Source: Tubiluchus corallicola (lineage: Eukaryota > Animalia > Priapulida). From it: a stretch of DNA of 64,000 bases. The translations under genes were made by a program, and so were the position numbers. The stretch covers positions 310,001 through 374,000 of the forward strand of contig JAQGDQ010000056.1 of the NCBI GenBank assembly GCA_030141605.1, in the 5' to 3' direction. Shown piece by piece: positions 12,521 to 26,424 of the stretch. Position 1 is the stretch's first letter; each line of letters starts with the position of its first letter. The notes below the pieces were generated by a model, which did not search any database, was not told the DNA's origin, and worked only from the letters and a program-made list of their open reading frames with translations.

Positions 12521-15500
12521 TGTACATTGAGTAATGTTTACCATATGTGTTAATGCCATCTGGACTCTATAAATACATTCGTGTTCATCACTAGTAACTC
12601 TACTATTCTTATTCATAGATGCTAAAACCTATAGATAAAGGCTGTATTGGCTGATGTAAAACTCTCGTTCTAGTTGAATGCACAGATTTAAACCATTGTT
12701 TTTCTGACGATGTGGATGACCTTATAATGAACTTGATGGATTTGGTAACAAGAAATGATTCGCGAGCATGCTCGGGCGCAACTTACAAGCATGACCGAGG
12801 CGATCAGTGTGCGTGACATATTTTAGTAGTGTGACAGCTATTGCCCTAAACATTCTAACGTAATTTCAACATGTGTTAATTGTTATATTTAGTGCATTAG
12901 TTTGTTTATTAGCTAAGACGACTAATTTACAACCGATAATTGATAGAAATTAATTTTACTTCATTTTAAATAATTGTCAGAATATTTGTGTTACTCGGTT
13001 TAATCCCAGTCCATCATTTTGGCTCACAATTCATGTAATTCTCAAAAGAGTGCCTCTATCAGCATCGAACAAGCTTCTCAATAATATTAGGTCTGTGCCC
13101 CCATCAAGGCAGTATATTGTAACAAGTATTTTCGAGGTTAGTATAAATATTATAACAAAGTTCAGCACCAAGTTGACTTGAAAATGACCAGATACGTTAA
13201 GGACCCAAGACTGACTTGGATATAACAAAAATTTAGGTAGGTTTTAAAACCCTAGTCTGACTTCGAAATATTATCCAAAAATTCCAATTATAAGGTGGCT
13301 GACTCGATAACGCATGAACGTTCGCCAACACGTCATCTGTACATAGCAACTAAAATGAATTATAATGTTATAATTGCATTTTTTAATTAATTATAGTGAC
13401 ATTACAATAAAAACGAATTCTAATTATAATAATTAATATTTTAATTCTGATAAATGGGCAGTCCAACTGATGTGCGTTAACTGGTGCCTGAGAATACTAT
13501 ATGGAATGTTCGCGCTTGCTTGCTCAACAATCCCGCGTAGTGCCTCGTCATCAACCGCGCCATCATGCCATATACCACATTGCCCTGTACTGCATTGTGT
13601 AAAGGCAAGGCAGTACACAATGAGGTGGCAGTAGATAGCAACACAGTACAACACGAAGCGGTACGCGGGTTGTCGAGCAAGCTTTTCTGATTACAATTTT
13701 TTCAACGTAATCAGTAATCACAATTGATGACGATTACTCCTCAAAAGTAAAGAAACCAATAATTCAAAGAGCCCAGCACTGCTAGAATACTGCTCCACGC
13801 GCCTAGCAAGAACAGTATTCTTTAATGATTTACAATTTGATCATGCGGTCAAAGTGTATAAAGAGGAAGTGACGAAAGAAGCCTATTGTTACGTATTTCC
13901 TTTTTGCGATTAGCGGCTATGCTGGCGGCATCAAACGGCCATTCAGTAAAAAATTTGGAGCGCCGCATTGACAGTAATAATAATATTATTAAGTTCACCA
14001 GTAGTGTTGGCATACGTGCAATTTTGATAAGCCAAAATCACTTTTGCGTTTTTAATAAAAGAAGTATATCTCAATTAAAAGAAATTATTAGTTTAAAAAA
14101 ACTGAAAACATTTCATGAAAAGGAAAAAAATTGTAGCAATAAGTTTGTATTATGTACTTGCAAATGCCTGTTCAGTTTTCTTGTAAGTAAAATTTTATTG
14201 TTTTTCCTGAGGAAAGAGGCTAGCTGACTGCGTGATGGGCTGCCTGCTATGTAAAGAAGTAATGCATTTTTCATTGATTTATTGATTTTTCTCTCCCTCC
14301 CTCTCTTAGAGAGAAAGAGGGGGAGAGAGAGAGAGAGAGTTAAAAGAAAGACGGAACTATGAACTATGAATTTTATTTCACACATCAAAATACAATATTG
14401 TACACATAAATAAACAATAAATAAAATAATTTGAGTAGTGTGAGGTGAGTGTACGACCATACGGTCATTAACACACTCACCTTACTTAAATGAAAATAAA
14501 AAAATTATTAAAGATATGCATGCTTTTGTAGATGACTCAATGAAATTTATGTAATAAAGTAAATGATGTAATAATAGCAAGGAAACATAAGAAAAACACA
14601 ATATGGAATTACGATTTTGATATAAATATTGAAATAATTTTGAAATAAAGTAAAAGATGTAATGAACAGCAACGAAACATGAGGAAAACTTAATATGTAA
14701 TTACGATTTTGATATAGGCGGCGATGAATGAATAATTTCATTTAAATTGATTTATACCTTACTAATAAAGTAACAAAGGTCGTACTGGTACCTATTAGCA
14801 AAAGAAAAACATTAGTGCAAAAAATGACCAAATTCAAGCTGTCATATCGTCCATGCATAACTCAATATGAGAAAAACATGCAAAATAATAACAATAATAC
14901 TAAATAAAAATAATAAAAAACAAACTAAATCAAATGAAAAGCAAGCTAGCCAAACAGAAATTTAAACAAACTTTCAAATAGGGAACTGAATCAAGCTGCA
15001 AAGTACATGCATTAAAATAATACTAAAGAGTCTAATTAATAAACAAAACAAAAGAACATTATACAAGTACATTTTTTACACGTAAGCAAACTGTATTTAA
15101 TGAACACTTATTTTGATGTAAGCCTAACTGAATCTTAAAAAAATTAGGCCAAATATAAGTAATGTCTATATATAAAATATATAAAACATGCAGATGCTTA
15201 GATTAAGTTATGTTCTGGAAAATTATTTGCTCTTCTGAAAAAATCGATTTTTTTCTATGAAAGGTATTACACATGAAAGTCAGGCCTAATATTTCTTCAA
15301 GTTATATTTCCTGATAAGAACATATGAAATAGAAATGTTTTTTAGAAAAAATTTTTCTCCAGAAATCGAATACTACATGAGCCAGGTATTCTTTCTTTTG
15401 ATCAACTTTCTTAACTTGTTTTGTAAATAAGCCTATTAATTTTTATGAGATATGATTATAATAATTTTTATTTGAACTACAAATTATTCTTAATGCCTTA

Positions 15501-15652
15501 TGCTTGATTTAAATAATATTCAAAAATATAACTGCTGCTATAAATCGCCAAAGAGAGATGTAGGCCTTGCAGTCTTTGCTTAGTGTACAAAATATTTAAC
15601 TAGTAACAAAAGTTTCAAAACTGTGTTATAATTAACATTTTATTATAATTAC

Positions 15653-15870
15653 CTGGCTGCATCTTTGCGAAATTTAAAAAATATCTTTTTGTGTTTTTGC
15701 AACTCACTGCTGAGCAATTTATGAGCGCCTGTTAACCGGGCTGGTTTTGATGGTCTCATCAATTCATCTGCTACAGTACCCACAGCCTGCGCTGTTGCGT
15801 ACCTGACAACAACAGGCCGTACTGAATAGCCGCTAGGGCGACACTAACTGCGCGAACTACTGCGCAGAAG
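15653..15870 (-). promoter_or_regulatory. Candidate promoter / non-coding first exon(s) of the ABCB10-like gene
   Basis: Locally GC/CpG-richer patch where the A-rich plus-strand skew ends; minus-strand donors CAG|GTAATT (15652), GCA|GTGAGT (15707) and CAG|GTACGC (15802). Confidence 0.3.
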
Positions 15871-16249
15871 GACTTTCCCTACTTTATTGTGTATACTTTG
15901 ATGTGGTTGTTATATGTTTTCCTTTATTTTCCGCTACACAGGCCTCCGGAAAAATTCAGTTTTTACATGGCAACCACTTCAATTCAGACCTATAAAAATA
16001 TTAATGAAAAATAATAAACGTAACGCATAATTATGACATAATGGTAGTGTGCATTTCGTTGGCTGAAACAGTCTGAAAAAGTCTACAACACCCACTACAT
16101 GACAAAGATGCAAACCATCATACTATTTATTATAATCTAAAAAATATAGTACATTTCAGAATTACTTTACCACTAATGATGGTTTTAGTACAAAGTTTTT
16201 TTTGCTTATCGATAAACGTCATAAAAAAGAATAATTACCCCCCTCCCCG

Positions 16250-16251
<2 letters not shown>

Positions 16252-16346
<95 letters not shown>
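16252..16346. repeat. (CT)n microsatellite
   Basis: ~47 perfect units. Confidence 0.98.
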
Positions 16347-16348
<2 letters not shown>

Positions 16349-16569
16349 GATTTCTGTGCTCGTAATTACTGAATATTACTTCCTCTCAAAGCCATAAATA
16401 AGGGTCACAATATTTATAATTATTAATATGGAATTTTGTCTCTTTCTACTTATTTTACAACATTAATATGTCTCTTTCTACTGAACACTGTATAAGAAGA
16501 GCTGCATGGCGAAAGCTAACGAGAAACTCTTTGTAACAAAATCACAAGTGGAAGATTCTACTATAGTAC

Positions 16570-16937
16570 CCGAAAGGTGCATGGTAAAGATAGCACAGTT
16601 AAAAGGGACAGAAACTGAAAAAAAATAATAGGGAAAAATTGCACAATTGTAAAATTTGTGGTGTTTGGGGTTAGGGCTATTTTTACCCCAGAGTCTGTGA
16701 AGAAAGTTATGATTCAACGCTGTTTGTTTGGTTGTTTTTGTCTGTTACCTAGCAGTAAAAATATTACGCTAAATAGATTATCATCAAAATAGATCTCGCT
16801 GCTTCCTACTGAGAACAGTCTAGTTCTATTACAGAAATTATTTGCTTCAAAATAACTTCTGTGCCGTTGTTTCGTACTTTTCCATTAGTGTCATTTCTCC
16901 TGTGCCATTCTTCCTGTGGCGTTTCGAACAATTCGCC
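16570..16937. mobile_element. Possible decayed MITE with inverted subterminal repeats
   Basis: Left-side gcacag/ggaaaaattgcac motifs face right-side ctgtgccatt/ctgtgccgtt motifs; termini not resolved. Confidence 0.35.
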
Positions 16938-18882
16938 ATATATAATTACTGAATTTTCAGTGAGTACGGGTGACCTTGACTCTTCAACTGAACGTTAAAG
17001 GCCTATTTATCTGGGGCTCAAATATAAGGGGCTGAAATTATCTGAGCCAATTTTTGAGGCCTAATGCTGAAGTCTAAATATCTGGGGCCCAAATGTGGTT
17101 TTTAAAAATAATTAGGCAGAATTAAATCTATTTTGTTGCGTTAACATTTTATTGATTTCATCATTACAGCATTTTTTCAAAGCCATGCAGTGCATCACAA
17201 CGCTATTAAATAACAAAATTGTGCTTCACAAAAACAACCATATATAATAAAAAATGTGAAAAAATGTGCATATTACATAATTTTAGCATAGTAGGCAGCA
17301 CGTGAAATTTGTAGCTCAACCCACAAAATGTGCTTTTGAATGAGTCAAAGTTATAAGCCAGCGCCAAAATGCCTGGAGCTCATATTCTACTCAAATGGTT
17401 GTGCTCAAATTTCTCATATCTAACCAAGTGGTTGAACCCAAATGAGCTGTCCTTATTCCAATTGGGTCTCCAGTCCAGTTAAGCTCGCCAATCATAATTA
17501 TTCCAATTAATTTGAATTAAGGAAATCATCAAAGGTGCTACCAAATCAAGTTACTCAAAGATTATTATTTATTTATAACTAGGGTTTTAAATTCTCAAAT
17601 TACCATAATTATTAATTATAACTAACTTAAGAACCCTTCGTGTTTTCATTTTCTGCACTAGAGCAAAGTCGCGTACATTCTAATGGAATTGACGACTAAC
17701 ATAATGTCAATCATTTTCATTGACTGCTCAATCAGCGTGCAAGTTATTTCACACAACCCTGCAGCAGGTTCGTTTGGGACGTTTAGCTACAGTTCCGTCT
17801 AGCACTGTTATGAAAAATGCTCAACTTTTCAATAGTTAGCGAGAGAAATATTGGCTTGATGCTAGATTTTATTATTGTCAATTGAAATTGCAAGTGAATT
17901 AGTGGAAATATATAGTCTAGTTTCGTTTATAGGAAGAAATGCACAACGCTTACATCTATGAGTTGCTGATTAAACCATTTTGCAATCAAGAAAATACGCA
18001 GTTTAGTTTAGTTTATGGCTTTGCAAGTTACAGATAAAGACAACTATTTGATTAACTTTGAATAAGGAGAAAACAAAATTTTTTCTTTTCTGGCCAGTTT
18101 TTCTAAACCTCAATGAGATCTTCACAGTCAAATTAATTCAAATGTGGTCAAAACTTATATTATGCATCAATGTAATATTAGCTAATTTTACGCTATTTTT
18201 CTTTTTATAATCAAGGTTAAAAGATACCATTGGGACTCGAGCAGTCATTATAAGGGTCGTCTATGGAATGGAACAGTCAAATTTATTCCATTCCCGTAGC
18301 CTGACAAACAGAAAAATACAAAAACTTAATAAATTTCCAGACGAGCACATGATCAATTAATATAGAAAAATACATCACAGGCTTGATGCTCGTATGTTTA
18401 AAGGCAAGAAAGACTTAATATTTTTGTTGCTCATTTATTGTAAAGCAAGGCTAACTGGCTTAGTTTTTTATTACATTTATGTCTCTGTATTTTATAGTGC
18501 TTTGAAACTTCGGTTCCTAATTCTGTTTAAATTGAAAAGTCATTTTTTTGGCTGCTTGAAGTGTTAATTCCGTGCTAAAATAGCTACTGCTCTGCAAGTT
18601 TGTGTTTATGAAAAAGAGCAATCAGTTTATCTGCTGATTAGACATTAGTTGTGATTGTCATGTTGTTTAGTTTAGTTTACTTTTCTTCTGTTGCTCATAA
18701 CATCTATAGTAACGTTGAGTCTCTATTCTTTATTAGAACTGTAGCTAAATGTTTCAACTCCTGTGACATGCTTTTGTTAATTTTCGTCTCAGCTGTTGTA
18801 AAATTTTACTAATAATTGATAACCAATTTCAAATTGTTTTTGGTTTGCCTGGAGGTCGTTTAGCAGGTTTTAGTGCCTCGTT

Positions 18883-19824
18883 CAGGGCCAGCTCTAGGTA
18901 GTCGACGCCCTAGGCAAAAGTATTTTCAACGCCCCCTACTCAACGGTCAACCGCATTCCTCCACGATGCCTATGCACCCACTCACAAAATTGAATTTTTG
19001 TTGTACACAATAAAGCCTTTTTTGCAGGGCTTACTTGTGTAATACAGTATAGCACACTGATTGTGTTGAGTGAATTATGACCCATTAATACGTCGACCCT
19101 GTGCATTCAGGAGCAATCAAATTTCTGCAGCACACTTCATGCACACCCTCTTGGCTGGATTTTCACTCAGCATTTTCACCCGAAAACTTCTAAAACCCTA
19201 ACTCCTGTTTATCACACACGCCCGCTTCACTAGTTTCATCATCTTCACCACCATAAATCTGCTCTAGTTGCAAACATTTCATTAGAGAATCATTTTGCTA
19301 TTTTCAATGTCCGCCAGCTTTTTTTACCTTTTGTTTGCTGCATTACACTCCTGAAGATTCAGTTCTGGATTAAATTATCGGTCATTCATGAATTAGATAA
19401 AATGAGTGCTAGATAATTAATGCTAATAATTAATATTACAAGAATTTTTTTTATTTAACAGAGGAGTTGTCAGTTTCTTTGCTGTTCTACACAGACAATG
19501 TAAATTGTGGACAAGAGCAGGGTAATGTATCGCTAATGTTTTCATGAAATAATTTCAGAAGCACAGGAAAAGCAAAAATGGACTGTTTCGATGAGAGAAA
19601 GGAGCTCTGTGTTAGCATTGTCAAATCATACATTTTCACCGGCACTGCCACGGAGCCTCTTTTCCCTCCGTGAAACAATGAAGGAAAATAATGCAGGCAG
19701 TTTGTTTCATTTTTTTAGTATTGTGGACTTAAGCAATTACATGCTAAAAATTAAAAAATGACATTCAGAATTTGGCACCCTAGGCATCTGCCTGTAGTTT
19801 TGCTTAGTGGTAGAGGTGGTCCAA
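18883..19824. mobile_element. Non-autonomous hAT element
   Basis: Imperfect TIRs CAGGGCCAGCTCTA / TAGAGGTGGTCCAA; 8-bp TSD GCCTCGTT (18875-18882) vs GCCTCATT (19825-19832); subterminal CCCTAGGCA repeats. Confidence 0.75.
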
Positions 19825-20899
19825 GCCTCATTTAATGGTAATCTTACTGGTGTTGTCTCTGGCAATCTTATTGATGTCTCATCGGTGATCCGTCTTAGCC
19901 TTCTGATTCTAATTCAATCCTTCAGAGTTCCTCTTTGATCCTGCTCATACAGCTGCCTATTTGAAGTGACATACGGCTGTTTAATTTTTGGTGGCTAGAA
20001 TTGATTAATTTTGGATAAAACCACACATTGCCTGCTGTTTTCTATTTTTGATATCATCTTCAGTGTTAAATTAGTAGTGATACCAATTACTTGCAACGGT
20101 TCCAGGAAATTCCTTGAAATTGCTAAAAGAATATCTGCAGGAAAGTTCGAAGATTTGTTGTATTGCTTATCAAGGGATGTCTGCGCTTAATGAACACAAC
20201 TACGACGATATCATGACCAAATAGTTTCCGAGGTTCGACTTTTTTTACGTGGTGTTACGCGATGTTATAAAAGTAAAATTGTTTTAAAATCGATCAAGCT
20301 TAAGCGTCATAGCAAGAGACAGAAAGCAAATCCTGAAAATTTTTGAGGTATGAATCGTATGATTATAAAAGTAAGCTAAAGACTAAAGTAAAGTGAAGAG
20401 TAAATTAAATGCTTTGAGTCTTTCTTAGCGGTTAACCAATCTTCAATTTAAGGCCTACCAAAATAATTGAATCATTAACCACAATGTGTCGTTATAGTTT
20501 GTGAATTATTAATTTTCTTTTGGAGTTTGGCGATCACATTTGGAAATGCAAACTCCCAGTCTTACCGTACTCCTTGACAGTTGATGTGACACTCATTTCC
20601 ACAGTAAAGTCTCTATCGACAAAATGTTCACACAGTCTTGATGTGTTCCCATAGATGCCAACACAAAAGAACTGTTTATCACAATTTGATATTTTCTCGA
20701 TGATGTGACTCTAAATCGGCATAGTTTGGGCACTGTAACGATGTCCGCTTGTCTAAACATTCAGTGTTATCTATAAAAGAACAAAGGTCTTTAATTATCA
20801 CACCAAAATCAAAATTTTTGAGTCTGCTTCACATGACTGTATATCTACCAAATTGAAATTAGATAAGCCAATATACCAAGCAATGATGATAACAGCACG

Positions 20900-22080
20900 T
20901 CCATCTGATTAGACCGAAGTACACACTCATACAAAAAGTGTTCTGTAGATTCACTGAAACCATGCTTGCAGAATGGAGGAACAATGCTTCCAATGTTGTG
21001 AAGCTGAAGGTAGGTTAGTCCGTATGTAACTGAAGAAGCTTGGAGTACTGGGACTTTTCTATTTGAAGCTTGTCATACAGGAAATCGCATCCATGAAGTG
21101 AACATCATTGACAGCCTTTCTAACCAAAGAATCAGCAGTGAAATCATTTCAAATAATATTACAATGACCAGGTACCCATATAAAGTTAACATGAACAATC
21201 AATAGTAGAAAGAAATTTAACATAATTTTTATGCTGTCACATGAACTTTGTGACAGTTACAAGCTCATTCTAGAGATATAACACCTATTGATCACTGACA
21301 TTTTTAAAGGAAAGCCAGATCCCATCTTAAACTGTAGTGTATTGAAAAGGAACACACTAGTTCTTCAATAATGACTTACGTGAAAGGATTATTACCACAG
21401 AATGGTAATATTTGTGCGGCTAATTCTCTGTTGCATGCACTTTGCCATTTACTAATCAGATGGGCACTAGTGCCTGCATCTGAGGAACACATTGCACAAA
21501 AACAGGTGCTGTACCTCTCACTTCAGACGTGTTAGTTTGTGATGTAGTGCACATGTTCATGAGGTGATGCATAAGTATAGCAGTAACTTTAAATTTGTGA
21601 GGCTTTTGTATATCACATTGAGTGTTGTACAGTAGCTCTGTATTTCAATTTTTGGTTACGTAAGAACATGTTTATGGAATGTTTGCGCTGTTGAAAATAA
21701 TGTTCACTTGTGATGTCATCACAAGTTGGGCTTGCCTGCCATTAATTAAGTTTTTAACCTATTACTTAATTACCAGAGATGCTTTGGCACTATTACAGGT
21801 CTTTAAAAGTATACTTTTTGTCCCATTCAAAATGGGGTAGGATGTAAAAAATCATTTTGTTTTCCTTAAAAGTAAGCAACCATATAGCTTATACCCAATT
21901 GTTTTTCAACAAACTGTAAATACAGCAAATATAGTAAAACCAGATGGATGCATGCAACACTGCTGATTTACTGATCTGGTGAAATTCCTGAAAACGTGAT
22001 AAATTATTGCTCTTGTTGCACATATTCCAGGGTTGTCAATGCAAGAATTATGAGTAAATGCATCAACATCATATTTGTTC
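20900..22080 (-). mobile_element. Decayed RNase H-bearing LINE 3' part (RNase H plus C-terminal zinc knuckle), interrupted by a TTAA MITE
   Basis: Minus-strand AFTHNSCIDNPGICATRAIIY (cf. FTDGSCxGNPG), CQ*SIGVI (cf. DCQSAI), VNFIWVPGHCNII*ND...ADSLVRKG (cf. WVPGHxGIxGNExAD), then LLQLHT and IGSIVPPFCKHGFSESTEHFLYEC. Confidence 0.75.
21304..21869. mobile_element. TTAA-flanked MITE (Kolobok/T2-like), copy 1
   Basis: TTAAAGGAAA...TTTTCCTTAA; collinear similarity to 42981-43610 over its whole length. Confidence 0.8.
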
Positions 22081-22387
22081 TTGTAGGCTATAGTCGTCGA
22101 GGCCTGTTACCTCAGATTGATACTGATTCCTCGGCTTAACTACCTTCAAACTGCAGAAATTCCTCTTTACTTCGATGTTCGAATACTGAGTAGTCAACTA
22201 CATCTGCTGTCTTTGTAGAATTCATGTCAATCTCTTGAAATAAACATACGTCAATTCAATTCAAATTTATTGTCTCAACTTAAGGTTTGCTTAAACATAG
22301 TTAGTTTGCCGTAGAAGCATAAAGAAAGAGGCGGGGTGGTGAAAGGCCATCGGGTCACCTGACAACCACCGCTTAGTATTTAATTAA

Positions 22388-23122
22388 TAGTGGGGCAGTT
22401 AAGGTCATATACTGAAAGAATTGTGCTTTGAATGACTAAAGCATGAAATTTTCTTCAGACAAGAGTCTTGACAGACCATTTTCAGATGTGGAAGCATTTC
22501 AGATTTCACCTCTGGGACTAGGTAAAGGGCAAGTACTTTCAGGCTGTCGAATTATTATTATTTCTTACTTTTTCACAGACATAACGCAAATTCTCACCAT
22601 TAATGTTCTATTTGACAGTCTTGTTGCACATGTATTATATATTAACTGCTTATATCACAAATCTGGGCGCTAACTCGGGCGTGCAGGAAATACACAAGAA
22701 TATACCATATTGTTAATGTATATTTGACAAGTTTATATTAATATTTATGCACAGTTATTAAATTCAGTCATGTTAACTGAGTAATTGTTTTAATGCATAA
22801 TGCATTTAAATTCATTTAGAGGTTAGATAAAGGTGTCCTTACACCTGAAAACCAATATAGATATTTAGTAGGGTAAAGTTAGCATCTTTAGTAAAAACAA
22901 ACAGGCAATTCTGGCAAAGGTATACATGATTACAATGAAGAATGATGGCGAAAATACTGAAAAAAATGCGGTTCTGGGGTCATTGACCTCTCAAGGTCAC
23001 TAAAGGTCAGATACAAATTGCTTCCACATCTGAAATATAACCTACGGGTATGAAGATTATATATAGAAACTTTCTTGCTTTAGTCATTAAATGCACAATT
23101 GTTTGGCTTCTCAACCCCACTA
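22388..23122. mobile_element. MITE with long imperfect TIRs and a 3-bp TSD (Academ-like)
   Basis: Termini TAGTGGGG...CCCCACTA, flanked by TAA on both sides; inverted internal blocks aatgactaaagca/tgctttagtcatt and tttcagatgtggaagca/tgcttccacatctgaaa. Confidence 0.8.
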
Positions 23123-26048
23123 TAATACTTATAATTGTTATATGTTGATATAATTAAAAACATGGTGTTATCAGAATTTGGAGAAAGACACCTCTATCAG
23201 ACAAGAGGCTCATTTCAGGAGATTGTCCTTAATAATTAACTAGGCCCTAGTTTGCCGCAGCTGTCAGTAGAACCTACATTAGATGGTAATCAACAGCTTG
23301 TAGTATAGCCAACTGACATACAAATAGCAGCATTGTAGCTGTATGTCATTTTTCTAAGTTTATTTTCCTTTTTTCTGACATTTTGGATATCTTGGGCATT
23401 TTTGCTATCTGTCTATCCATCTAGTTTTTAAGGATCTTAATGCAAAATTGCTTTTAAAAATAATCATTTTCTGCATTGAAATTAACAATGTAGTCATGCT
23501 TAATCCAGTTTGTCTGATCATCATCTTTCCAGAATATGTTATTAGAACAGATAATGTACTCACACACGCACGCTCACATGTAGACTTGACGCGTGTTGTC
23601 ATTGCCGCCTTAGTGTTTTTAGTTATTTTAAGAACAGATCCTAGTTAAGTGTTACAACCAAGCTACATAGTTATGTTTGTGTCCATTGATAGAGTGACAG
23701 TTTGATAGACAGGCTGGTTGCATTATGAATTGATAATATAAATTGCGTAAATATTTTACTATGTTTTAGCACTCTTCATGTTACTTCAAGTCTTTGCATC
23801 ATTTATCTTTTAGTAGACTTGTCTAATACATATTGCTACATTATTAGTTTTGACATAGGAGAGTGATTTAGTGTTTTGTTATTTTAGCAACTTTTATGAA
23901 TTTGTTGAGCATTTGTTTGGCTGAAAAGTTAGTTTACGGACTTATTATAGTAGTTAATTAAATTCCTCGGTGATAATGTTAGTAAGATGCCATTTCTATC
24001 TGTTAGCATAGACATGCCATCAACCAAAAAAAAGAAAGTCACTTATAAATTTAGTATATCTGTAAACGGGGATCTGAGATATACATCTGGAGAATCACCC
24101 ATAAAATATTATATGTAAAAAACATATGCCATTTTCCAATTTGTGCATTAAAATGCATTGATTATCAATTTATAGAGGAAGTGACTAAATGATATTAGTT
24201 CGATATCGGTAAAATGTATTATTTTTAGTATAATAAACGATGAAACACTTGGAAATTAATACTAACTTCAAATGGAGAGATTTGTTGGGTGGTTTGGTGA
24301 TCGATTGCTCTGAGTCACCTATTCAAATAAAAATAACTGCATAGGCTAACACAAACAAATAGCAGAAGTAAGAACAACTTAAACAGAGTCATTATGGAGA
24401 AACTTTTGTTGAACAAAATTTCGTTGAGCTAAGTACATATTTGGTTGTATCTTACGCAAAGTGAGGCTACTTGGGTCAATTGTTCCACAATAATGGGTCT
24501 TGGTCTCTGTTAATAAACTTCTTATTTGTGTGTGATATGGTCAGAACTCTATCAAGATTGTATTGTGTCAAAAGTATCTCAAAGTTACAAACAGAGTAGA
24601 ATAAAAGGATTGTGACTATTCCTGTTTGAAAGAGCTCTGTTAATATCAGAAAGGATGGCTAATTTAGGGATTTCAAAATTGGTCTAATGTAGTCAATGTA
24701 ACTACTGTGATTATTATTTTTTCTGCAGTTTTTGATTTTTTATTGCCTATTTTTTTATATACCTCGTATGCATTATGACTAAACTTTTATTAGAAATCTT
24801 ATCTTTATTGAATTTTTGCTCCTACCAAGTAAGATGTTTATCTCTTACAGTAATACAACATTGAGTTTGTACCTAAAAATTTTGAAAGAACGACTTATTT
24901 GGTATGCATATTATCCCATCATAGTTCATAGTGCCAGACTCCAATCATTGAATCTTCTCCAGATATTTCTTCTTGTGACAATAGTCAAATTAATTGGCAT
25001 TTTCCATATTTGACCTAGTGCTAATTTGCTTTAACACAGTTTGTTAAATGTTTAAGTTTAATATTTGTGGTAGAAATTCAAGTTCGAAAGTGATTGTGTA
25101 TGTGGAAGATGCCTGTGCAAATGGAGTTGGTTGTAACTAGTTTATGTACTGGAGACTGTTATTACTGAAAAGTAGTAACCTCCAAAAATGAAACCTATGC
25201 CACATGTTTTTTTTTTGGAATTTTTGCTCAGCATTTGAAGCAGTGACTTTGCTATCTACTAGACAAGCCTGATTTCTCCAACCAAATTTTACTGTGCCCC
25301 ATCGTGATTTGTTGGTTCAGATTACTTATTAAATATTAGTTAGCTTTTCTAGACAGTAGTAAAATTAATGAAATATCTTGGTAAGGTGGTTTTTTGCAAG
25401 GAGTCTAGGTCTAGGAGATAATATATTTGTTAGTTTGCCAACTTAAAATTGTGGTAGGTTTCTAATATTTGTAAATTACTATTATTATTATTATTTATTA
25501 TTTAATAAAATAACAAATAATAACATTTAAACTTATTTTGCTCATTTTTTCAGTGGCTACGTTTAGTCATGAATCAAAGGGATTTCTAGATATAAAATTT
25601 TGAAATCCTAAGTGGTAAAAGTTTCACGTAAATTATCTAAATGGGAAAATAAAGACTGATATTGGTTTCAGTCTTTATTAAATTTAATACCACTTAATTT
25701 TTGAGGCAATATTTGGGTTTTGAAGGAGTGCTGTGTTTCTTTTTTGTTAATGGATGGTGCCAGCGTATGCAAAATAAATTGTGCGATTACCAGAACACAT
25801 TTTACAGTACTGATGTCGCTATATACTTAAAATTATCACTGAACTAACAGGAGCTAATGCACCTTTAATAGTACTGGTACTGTGTTAGCAAGTTGTAAAT
25901 TATAGTTATCAGTACACGCCAACCCGCCTGCCAACAGTTTTTTAACCAGTCCCAAGTTCGTTGCCATTGATATACGTACTTTCTACCTAGACGAAGTTGA
26001 GCAAGTCTGACTGTGAGGCCAATGTAAACTTTAAACCTGCCCTTGGTG

Positions 26049-26424
26049 TCATTCTGCGGTCAAACTCGTTTTGTTGTAATACATTCCGTTTGCGCTGTGG
26101 CAGCTTATTCTGCCTGGCGTGTGCTGTATCAGCGCTAGTGGATTTCAACGATTTCCCGATCTAAAAGAACCAAACGAAGTTTTAGAAGGTCATTTAGTTT
26201 CGTGAATTGCGGGATCGTCTGCGCTATCTGCTCTTTGCTTGGTTACTGTTTAACGCTGATACTAACTTCTTGTAGGCTCTGTGCTTGTTAATTTGTATTC
26301 AAAGGCATAAGCCAGTGAAGGTTTCAAGGCACGCAATATGAAAATATTAGTGTTGCGATTGTGAATTTAAAGTTTTGCTACAGTACCAGAATTTCACTGT
26401 ATCACTGCGTGGGCGTATCTTAGG
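26049..26424 (+). promoter_or_regulatory. Candidate TSS and non-coding first exon of the plus-strand gene
   Basis: Inr-like TCATTC at 26049 in a CpG-richer patch; donor AGG|GTAAGT at 26425 and another CAG|GTAAGA at 26724. Confidence 0.35.

Noticed and set aside
14440-14485. Small hairpin gtgaggtgagtgt...acactcaccttac as a possible ncRNA
   Set aside because: Short stem with no snoRNA boxes or miRNA-length arms; cannot be supported without expression data.
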